Virus record (IMG/VR): IMGVR_UViG_3300030090_006645
DNA: 20,000 bases
Reading direction: 5' to 3' (one strand)
Origin: an uncultured virus (IMG/VR IMGVR_UViG_3300030090_006645)
Lineage: Duplodnaviria; Heunggongvirae; Uroviricota; Caudoviricetes
A program made the translations under genes and the position numbers. The notes under the pieces were generated by a model. It worked only from the letters and a program-made list of their open reading frames with translations. It ran no database searches and was not told where the DNA came from. This document shows, piece by piece, positions 1 to 5,900 of this stretch (position 1 is its first letter; each line of letters starts with the position of its first letter).

Positions 1-1137
1 ACCAATTAGTGCATCTTTTTCAGTTGTTTCTTTCCAAATATCTCTTAAATAATGAAAGTCAGTATATCCTGCTTGAAGTGTACCAATAAAAGCAGCAACT
101 TTAACTCTTTCGTTTAAGTCATCTTGTGACTCAATATTTGAAACATTTACTTCACATAAATTACAAAACTGATTAGGTCTTAAAGCAATTTCACAACACG
201 GATTCGTTCCCCAATCTTTGTCATTATTAAGATATATACCAGGTTCTCCTGCTCCTGATAATTCTACACGTTTCCATAAATCAAGAAAAAATTCTTTTGT
301 TATTTTATGTCTCATTAGTACAGCAGAGTTATTAGCTCTACCACGTTGTGGATTTGTTTCCCACCAATTACCTGATTTACAACCAATCATTTCGTCATCA
401 TCTGCATTAAATAAACTAATTAGTGCCGCTCTTCTAATACCGCCTGCAAGAACTGCATCTGCAATATGACAGACAATATCATGAGCCTCTAAAGTTGTTA
501 ACCTATCACCTGTTTCTTTTGATTCTAATATACCTTTTACTTTTAATATACATTCTTTAAGCGGCTGAGGTCCTGGAGCTTTACCACCTGAAGTAACTAA
601 CATTGCACCTTTTGGACGAACATCTGAATAATCAAACTCAACTCGACTACCTCCGCCATTCATATAAGATTTCATTAATACTTTTATTGCATCTGCCCAA
701 CCTTCAATTGAATCACCAATTAAAAATCTTCTTTTTCTTTTTGGATATGGTTTTTGAATCATTGGTAATTTATTTACATGATGTCTTTGAACGGAATAGC
801 CAACACCTGTCCCACCTAACAACAAAAACATTGTTTCACTAAAAGCATCAATAGAGTCTATAGGAAGATACGCACAATTATATATTCTATTAGGAGATAT
901 TTCTATAGGCTTACCACCAAATTGCAAGCTTCTCATAGATGGAAGTACTTTTTTATCGTATACCAATTGGTATTTTTCTTCAATTTCGTCTTTTAATTGC
1001 GGAAATTTCTTTTTGTGCATTTCCTTATTTCTTGTAACTAACTCTTCCCACGTTTCTCTTCTGTTTAGCTCTGGTACAAATTTTGCGTACTTCATATAAA
1101 CAGTGATTTCTGATAATATTTGATTTGATACTTCCAT
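1..1137 (-). CDS. nrdJ: Class II (adenosylcobalamin-dependent) ribonucleotide reductase, N-terminal part; runs off the window edge
   Basis: Not in the ORF track. Manual translation from ATG 1137: MEVSNQILSEITVYMKYAKFVPELNRRETWEELVTRN...KVLPSMRSLQFGG...NCAYLPID...LLGGTGVGYSVQ...GGIRRAALISLF...GTNPCCEIALRPNQFCNLCEV. NPCxE and CNL are RNR catalytic motifs, and RETW / PSMRSL / GGTGVG match phage RTPR/NrdJ-type enzymes. Confidence 0.9.
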   Translation of the reverse strand, partial: MEVSNQILSEITVYMKYAKFVPELNRRETWEELVTRNKEMHKKKFPQLKDEIEEKYQLVYDKKVLPSMRSLQFGGKPIEISPNRIYNCAYLPIDSIDAFSETMFLLLGGTGVGYSVQRHHVNKLPMIQKPYPKRKRRFLIGDSIEGWADAIKVLMKSYMNGGGSRVEFDYSDVRPKGAMLVTSGGKAPGPQPLKECILKVKGILESKETGDRLTTLEAHDIVCHIADAVLAGGIRRAALISLFNADDDEMIGCKSGNWWETNPQRGRANNSAVLMRHKITKEFFLDLWKRVELSGAGEPGIYLNNDKDWGTNPCCEIALRPNQFCNLCEVNVSNIESQDDLNERVKVAAFIGTLQAGYTDFHYLRDIWKETTEKDALIG

Positions 1138-1167
1138 TTGACTCTTTCCTTTATTAAATTAAGACTG

Positions 1168-1198
1168 AAAAAATTAGCCGGCCGTGGTATGGCCAGCT
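1168..1198 (-). terminator. GC-rich hairpin plus U-tract between the helicase and RNR genes (intrinsic terminator or 5' stabilising hairpin)
   Basis: Minus strand AGCTGGCC-ATACCAC-GGCCGGCT-AATTTTTT: 8-bp stem with one G-U pair, followed by T6. Confidence 0.6.
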
Positions 1199-1204
1199 TA
1201 CTAC

Positions 1205-1213
1205 TATAAATAT
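1205..1213 (-). promoter_or_regulatory. ATATTTATA motif (putative phage late-type promoter) upstream of nrdJ
   Basis: The same 9-mer lies upstream of hsp20 (4160-4168) and of the 493-aa gene (11422-11430). Confidence 0.45.
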
Positions 1214-1214
1214 A

Positions 1215-2564
1215 CTAGTCATCTAATTCTTCAAATCTTTTTTTCATTTCTTTTCTTAAATATTCTTCGTGATTTGCCATCTGACCTTTTAGCTCGGCAC
1301 CCTTTACAGATTTTTCATCATATATTTCAAAGCTACCATTGTTTGTGTTTATTTGACTTGGAAATGTAATTCCGTCAGGACCAAATCTATTTTTAATAAC
1401 ATGTATTCTACCTGTGCCTCCAACCTTATCTTCAATTTTTCTACTTAAAGACATAACAAAATCTGCTGTCATTATTTTACTATAAGATTCTGCAATTTTA
1501 TCTGCTTGAATTACATTTTCTTGTAGTGCAGAACGATTTGCCTGTGATGCAGTCCACACTGGTACTTCTAGCTGACCTGCCAAACCTCTTAGTTCTTCAT
1601 ATATGTTTCCTAATTCTAATCTATATTCTTTTGTACCACCTGAACCTCTTAATAAATCTGCATAATCTACAATTACCATATCCGGTTGTTTGCCTAACAT
1701 TTTATATCTTTCTACATGTGAAAATATTGTAGATATTGCAGCTGTTTTTGTTGGATAATATTTTATAACAAGATTTCCTTTTATATCTTTTACTGTCTCC
1801 TTAACTGTATCGATATTATATTTTAATTCTTGATTTGCTATTCCAGTTATAACTGAATCGTATCTTAAACCAACATAGGCTTCATTTAATTCTAGAGTAT
1901 AATGTAAAACATTTTTACCTTTTTTTATTGCCTGAGCACCTAGATTAACAAGCAGAAACGATTTACCAATACCAGCTGGTGCAACCACAACTCCTAACTC
2001 TCCTTTGCCTAAACCACCATCCATAAGATTGTCTATAACATCCCAACCAGTTGGTGAAATATATCTTGTCGCTTGATTATATCTATCTTCAACAGAATCA
2101 ACATAATCATGGCCTACATTTCTTTCAGCTCCAGCTGTCATTGCTTTATCTATTTTATTTTTTATTGCGTCATATTTTCCTGACTTTAATAATTCTACTG
2201 AATCTATTATTGCATTTTTTAATACTTTGTTTTTACAAAAATCAAGTGTCTGTTCCATTACAAATTCTAAATCCTCAGATTCCAAATATTTGTAAGTATC
2301 TTTTATATTAGAAACTACACTTTTCTTTAATACATCATCAGAGATTTCTGATATTTTTACCTTCATAACCTCAGCTGTAGGTTGTGTTTTATATTTTTCA
2401 AAGTATTCTTTTATTGTTGAAACTAAAAATTGATTTGACTCATTTTCAAAATATGATACATCAAGAATATCTTGAATTTGTTGTAAAAATTCTTTACTTT
2501 TTAATAAACACGTTATAATTTTTATTTGAAATGTATAACCGAATTCGCTTAATCTATCACTCAT
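1215..2564 (-). CDS. Replicative DNA helicase, DnaB / T4 gp41-like
   Basis: Walker A APAGIGKS, YTLEL, Walker B region VIVDYADLL, WTASQANR, IAESYSKIMTADF and KNRFG motifs of SF4 helicases. Confidence 0.93.
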   Translation of the reverse strand: MSDRLSEFGYTFQIKIITCLLKSKEFLQQIQDILDVSYFENESNQFLVSTIKEYFEKYKTQPTAEVMKVKISEISDDVLKKSVVSNIKDTYKYLESEDLEFVMEQTLDFCKNKVLKNAIIDSVELLKSGKYDAIKNKIDKAMTAGAERNVGHDYVDSVEDRYNQATRYISPTGWDVIDNLMDGGLGKGELGVVVAPAGIGKSFLLVNLGAQAIKKGKNVLHYTLELNEAYVGLRYDSVITGIANQELKYNIDTVKETVKDIKGNLVIKYYPTKTAAISTIFSHVERYKMLGKQPDMVIVDYADLLRGSGGTKEYRLELGNIYEELRGLAGQLEVPVWTASQANRSALQENVIQADKIAESYSKIMTADFVMSLSRKIEDKVGGTGRIHVIKNRFGPDGITFPSQINTNNGSFEIYDEKSVKGAELKGQMANHEEYLRKEMKKRFEELDD

Positions 2565-3603
2565 AACTCTTTACTGCCATTGCCTCTAAATGTGAAAAAC
2601 AAGTTTTTAACCACATATCAGGATTTTTTATTGCTGTATATGTTTTGTCCTCCAACATTAATTTTTGAAATTTATATTTTACTAATCTATTTATAGGTTT
2701 TCTTACTGCGTCTATAATATATGACTTTATATTACCTGGAATATCAACTTCAGATAGCTGCATTAACTCATAGTTTAATCTTATTATATCTTCACTATCT
2801 AATATTTCTTTTATTACTTTTGATGTATCATCTGTATTTTTTACATAATCAAGTAAATCTTCTATTGTCACTTTATTTTCTTCAAATAATATAGGTAGAC
2901 GTTTTTTAAGTGTTTTTACACCTACACCTTTTATGCCTGGTATGTTATCTGAAGGGTCACCTTTCATTGTTCTATATAATAAATAATTATGAGCAGGTAT
3001 TTCAAAGTCTTCATTGACTGTGTCCTTAAAATAATATTTCTTTTTTGTTGGTGACCAAACTTGTAGTCTATCGTCAACAAGTTGTAAAAAATCTTTATCT
3101 GTTGACATGATATATACATGACTTTTAGGATATACTTGTTGAGAAATGTATGCCATTGCATCGTCTGCTTCTATATTTTCTGGTGCAATAACTGTAATTG
3201 GTAGTGTATCAAGATATTGTGTTAATCTACTAATTTGATTTTTCATAGATATGCTTTCATCTTCTTGATTACTAAAGGAGTTTAGACGAGTTAACCGCTT
3301 TCTAACTTTTCTATTTGCTTTATACTCAGGAAAGAGTTTTCGCCTTTTACTAGAACCACCTTTGCCATCAAAACAAACAATTACTCTTGTAGGTTTGATA
3401 TTTTTAATTGCGTAACCAATAGATTGCAGAAAACCCGTCATGCCTCCAATATGTATGCCGTCTTCATTTGTACTTGGATTAACGGCGAATGCTCTAATGA
3501 AAGTGTTCAAACCATCTATCAACAAAATTCTATCGTTAGGTGACTGACTTGTTGAATTACTTTCTTTAAGATTTTTTAGAATGTCTATATAACTTTGCTT
3601 CAT
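2557..3603 (-). CDS. 5'-3' exonuclease / flap endonuclease (PolA N-terminal-like, T4 RNase H-like)
   Basis: LLIDGLN, VCFDGKG, YKANR, EADD, STDKDFLQL and GDPSDNIPGIKGVG (H3TH) motifs. Confidence 0.93.
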   Translation of the reverse strand: MKQSYIDILKNLKESNSTSQSPNDRILLIDGLNTFIRAFAVNPSTNEDGIHIGGMTGFLQSIGYAIKNIKPTRVIVCFDGKGGSSKRRKLFPEYKANRKVRKRLTRLNSFSNQEDESISMKNQISRLTQYLDTLPITVIAPENIEADDAMAYISQQVYPKSHVYIMSTDKDFLQLVDDRLQVWSPTKKKYYFKDTVNEDFEIPAHNYLLYRTMKGDPSDNIPGIKGVGVKTLKKRLPILFEENKVTIEDLLDYVKNTDDTSKVIKEILDSEDIIRLNYELMQLSEVDIPGNIKSYIIDAVRKPINRLVKYKFQKLMLEDKTYTAIKNPDMWLKTCFSHLEAMAVKSYE

Positions 3604-3607
3604 GTAT

Positions 3608-3640
3608 TAAATATAACAAAAATTTCCGACATAATAAAAT
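3608..3640 (-). promoter_or_regulatory. Repeated promoter-like motif (AAATTTTTGTTATATT), 6 nt before the exonuclease ATG
   Basis: Minus strand ATGTCGGAAATTTTTGTTATATTTAATAC-ATG. Near-identical copy at 9480-9510; related copies at 8015, 9061 and 12447. Confidence 0.65.
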
Positions 3641-3644
3641 AAAA

Positions 3645-3662
3645 AACGTAATAAGTGGGCGT
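3645..3662. repeat. Downstream arm of the 18-bp inverted repeat bracketing hsp20
   Basis: aacgtaataagtgggcgt matches the reverse complement of 4135-4152 (aacgtactaagtgggcgt) at 17 of 18 positions. Confidence 0.9.
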
Positions 3663-3666
3663 GTTT

Positions 3667-4101
3667 TTATTTTATTGTAATTGTCTTTGCCTTAGCTTCT
3701 TCAGACTTAGGTACTGTGATTTGTAATAAACCATTTCTCATTGTTGCGTCTAAATTTGATAAATTGTAGTCTGGACTAACCTTCCATCCCATGTCAAAGC
3801 TTCGTCTTGCAATACCTCTATGTAGGTATTCAGGAGCTTCTTCATTAGATGGGTTAGACTCTACGCTTGGTTTTTTGTAGGCAACCTTCAAAGTATTACC
3901 TTCTACTGAAACCTTAATTTCATTTTTTTCTAAACCAACACATGCAATATCAAAACATAAAGTATCATTTTGAGTAAATACATCTACTGGATAATCTGGC
4001 TTTGCTTCTATAAAAGAATTAAAACCAACGTTTGAATCAAAAAAGTTTTTGAATAATAAATCGGTCGAGAGGATTCTCTCACCTATCAAGTGTCTTGTCA
4101 T
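3667..4101 (-). CDS. Small heat-shock protein (Hsp20 / alpha-crystallin family)
   Basis: YPVDV, IACVGL, VSVEGNTLKV, YLHRGIARRSF, ATMRNGLLQITVPK and C-terminal ITIK motifs. Strong SD: TAAGGAG. Confidence 0.93.
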   Translation of the reverse strand: MTRHLIGERILSTDLLFKNFFDSNVGFNSFIEAKPDYPVDVFTQNDTLCFDIACVGLEKNEIKVSVEGNTLKVAYKKPSVESNPSNEEAPEYLHRGIARRSFDMGWKVSPDYNLSNLDATMRNGLLQITVPKSEEAKAKTITIK

Positions 4102-4134
4102 AATAAATCTCCTTAAATAATTTAATTGTTGTTA

Positions 4135-4152
4135 ACGCCCACTTAGTACGTT
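4135..4152. repeat. Upstream arm of the 18-bp inverted repeat bracketing hsp20
   Basis: acgcccacttagtacgtt, complementary to 3645-3662 with one mismatch. Confidence 0.9.
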
Positions 4153-4159
4153 AATCATA

Positions 4160-4168
4160 TATAAATAT
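4160..4168 (-). promoter_or_regulatory. ATATTTATA motif (putative late-type promoter) upstream of hsp20
   Basis: Minus strand GTATATTTATATATG, 7 nt before the inverted-repeat arm. Confidence 0.45.
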
Positions 4169-4181
4169 ACAGCTACTTGTT

Positions 4182-4553
4182 TTAATATGCTTTACCATTT
4201 ACTATAGTTGTCCAAACATATCCTTTTTCTCTAAGCTTTTCCATTTTTAGATGATATTGATTTTTTCTTATAGCTTCATTTTTTAATACACGCTTCTTAA
4301 ATGAAGGCTTAACATATTCTTGTTTAGACCTAAACTTACCTATAGTATCTGAATCTTTCATTTGTCTTTTTAGATATTTTAAGGCTCTTTCTAATGTTCC
4401 AGGACTTTCATCTGGAACGTTTACACCATTAGGATTACCTTCTAAAAAGAACTCGTGTCTTCCTAATTTTTTTCTAAATGTTTTCTTTTTTCTATCACCT
4501 TTGTAATTTGTAGATGATTGATTTTTGTGCTTTTGATTTCTTTTGTACGCCAT
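4182..4553 (-). CDS. rpsU: Phage-encoded ribosomal protein bS21 with a basic N-terminal extension and a C-terminal extension
   Basis: Core GVNVPDESPGTLERALKYLKRQMKDSDTIGKFRSKQEYVKPSFKKRVLKNEAIRK fits the bS21 pattern (V...E.AL+.F/LKR......G....R.+..Y.KPS..+R). At 123 aa it is about twice the usual length. Confidence 0.85.
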   Translation of the reverse strand: MAYKRNQKHKNQSSTNYKGDRKKKTFRKKLGRHEFFLEGNPNGVNVPDESPGTLERALKYLKRQMKDSDTIGKFRSKQEYVKPSFKKRVLKNEAIRKNQYHLKMEKLREKGYVWTTIVNGKAY

Positions 4554-4589
4554 TTCTAATTTTTTAATTTATATAATTTATTTCAAAAA

Positions 4590-4688
4590 TAAAAGGCTCT
4601 TGGTTGGTCAAATAAATCATAAATATTAGTGAGGATTTTTGACTCTTAACATTCTGCACCACGAGAAGGTGGCCTTTTTTCGCAGAAC
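4590..4688 (-). promoter_or_regulatory. Structured intergenic region / 5' leader upstream of bS21
   Basis: Minus-strand stems TTCTGC/GCAGAA enclosing GCCAC/GTGGT, and GTCAAA-AATC/GATT-TA-TTTGAC. Alternative pairing AAAAGGC/GCCTTTT. Contains ATATTTAT at 4619-4626. Confidence 0.4.
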
Positions 4689-4699
4689 AAAGGTGTATA

Positions 4700-4897
4700 T
4701 TATAACACCTTAATTACATCAGATTTTTTTACTTCAACTACTTCAAATTCTACTGAATCGTTTGCAAAATCTGCATTAACTTTTACTTCTGCATCTGTAA
4801 CTGATACAGCTGAAACTAAATAAGCTTCTTTTTTCCAAGTAATTTTTCTACCATTATCTGTAGCTACTTTTACTCTTGCTAAATAATACATATCCAT
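4700..4897 (-). CDS. DUF4494-like small protein
   Basis: KKEAYLVSAVSVTDAEVKV resembles the E.YLV.A.S.TEAE signature of the Bacteroidota DUF4494 family. SD: TAAGGAG. Confidence 0.65.
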   Translation of the reverse strand: MDMYYLARVKVATDNGRKITWKKEAYLVSAVSVTDAEVKVNADFANDSVEFEVVEVKKSDVIKVL

Positions 4898-4909
4898 AAC
4901 CTTTTCTCC

Positions 4910-5449
4910 TTATTGTTTAATATATAACTTACCTTGTCTGATATATAATTTACCTGTAGGTATTTCTTTTAATTCTTTACCCATTAAATCATATATTTTA
5001 CTATTGTTTTTCCACATACAGCAACTACATCCTAATTGACATACTTCATTTATTGAAGTCGGTAACATATTAAGTAATACCCATGAAAAACTATTTTGAT
5101 TAAATACTAACCAATCTTCTATACTACATACTTCTACCGAACCGTTCTCATAAATATATACATCATACGCTACTTTAATTGTATCTGATGTTGTGATTTG
5201 TGGAAAATAATCATACATACCTGAACCTGTATAACACATGCCAGTTCCTGCAAATCCAGTACATATTCCCCAATATATTGTCATAGAATCTGGATTGTGT
5301 ACTATACCTGTTGTATCAAGTCCTATATTAAATCCTTGACTTTGGTCTATCCAATATGTTATTGAATCACAGCAAAAATACGGTGCTGTCTGTTGTGCTT
5401 TCGCCTGAAGTCCAAACGATACTAATAATACTAATAATAATTTTTTCAT
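4910..5449 (-). CDS. Secreted protein with signal peptide and T9SS-like C-terminal sorting domain
   Basis: N-terminal MKKLLLVLLVSFGLQAKA signal peptide. C-terminal PTSINE...KIYDLMGKEL...GKLYIRQGKLYIKQ resembles type A CTD motifs (YDLxG+, G.YI..GK). Confidence 0.65.
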   Translation of the reverse strand: MKKLLLVLLVSFGLQAKAQQTAPYFCCDSITYWIDQSQGFNIGLDTTGIVHNPDSMTIYWGICTGFAGTGMCYTGSGMYDYFPQITTSDTIKVAYDVYIYENGSVEVCSIEDWLVFNQNSFSWVLLNMLPTSINEVCQLGCSCCMWKNNSKIYDLMGKELKEIPTGKLYIRQGKLYIKQ

Positions 5450-5640
5450 AATGATTCTGCTGTTTCTCTTAATTCTCTTGCTTCAGCTATCTGTTTTACT
5501 AATTTTTCACACTCTTCAACTACACCTGGATGTTCACCAACCCCTACAGAATTTGACATATAATTTGCCAAGTTTGCTTTTGCTTCAGCCTCTTGTGCGT
5601 CTGCTTTTGCAATAATTGCTTTGATAATTAAATCGTTCAT
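5446..5640 (-). CDS. Small conserved phage hypothetical protein (helical hairpin with a GVGEH motif)
   Basis: 64-aa ORF with SD AAGGAG; stop overlaps the next start (ATGA). The NSVGVGEHPGVVEE motif recalls small proteins of T4-like aquatic phages. Confidence 0.75.
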   Translation of the reverse strand: MNDLIIKAIIAKADAQEAEAKANLANYMSNSVGVGEHPGVVEECEKLVKQIAEARELRETAESL

Positions 5641-5669
5641 TTTTCTCTCCTTTTAATAAATAACAATTC

Positions 5670-5893
5670 GTAAGATGGCAGGATTCGAACCTGCAGTTTT
5701 TTAAGTACCAGTTTGTAGGCTAAAAACTTAAAAAAAGCCGTATATCGAATTCAGTACTCTTTTGAATTCGGGCTCAGGTGCTACCTTAACCTAATACCTT
5801 CTATCATTCCTAAGAATGACTCCAAAGGGTGTCTTCCAAGTAAAGTCGATTGGGTTTTATATTCCCATCGACAATGCATTCCACCACATCTTA
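5670..5893 (-). ncRNA. Giant tRNA-Leu-like structured RNA (~224-nt core; flanks pair out to 5661-5903)
   Basis: Acceptor stem TAAGATG/CATCTTA; TG at positions 8-9; D-stem GTG-GAAT...GGAAGA-CAC; T-arm GCAGG-TTCGAAT-CCTGC; CTTAGGA at the tip of a lengthened anticodon arm; extra hairpins in the D-loop and variable region; no encoded CCA. Confidence 0.8.
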
Positions 5894-5900
5894 TGAACTG

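Noticed and set aside
1138..1214. Cobalamin riboswitch upstream of the class II RNR
   Set aside because: The intergenic region is only ~77 nt, with one simple hairpin and no B12 box.
3645..4152. IS or MITE defined by terminal inverted repeats
   Set aside because: The enclosed gene is Hsp20, not a transposase, and no clear target-site duplication is seen. Kept as an RNA-level finding instead.
5695..5875. tRNA interrupted by a group I intron
   Set aside because: The extra sequence is spread over three sites, the largest only ~100 nt and outside the anticodon loop, and no P7 catalytic core was recognisable.
5670..5893. tmRNA interpretation of the tRNA-like element
   Set aside because: No G3-U70 alanine determinant and no GGGG 5' end or CCA. 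It has a D-stem and an anticodon-like arm, is shorter than typical tmRNA, and has no convincing tag reading frame.
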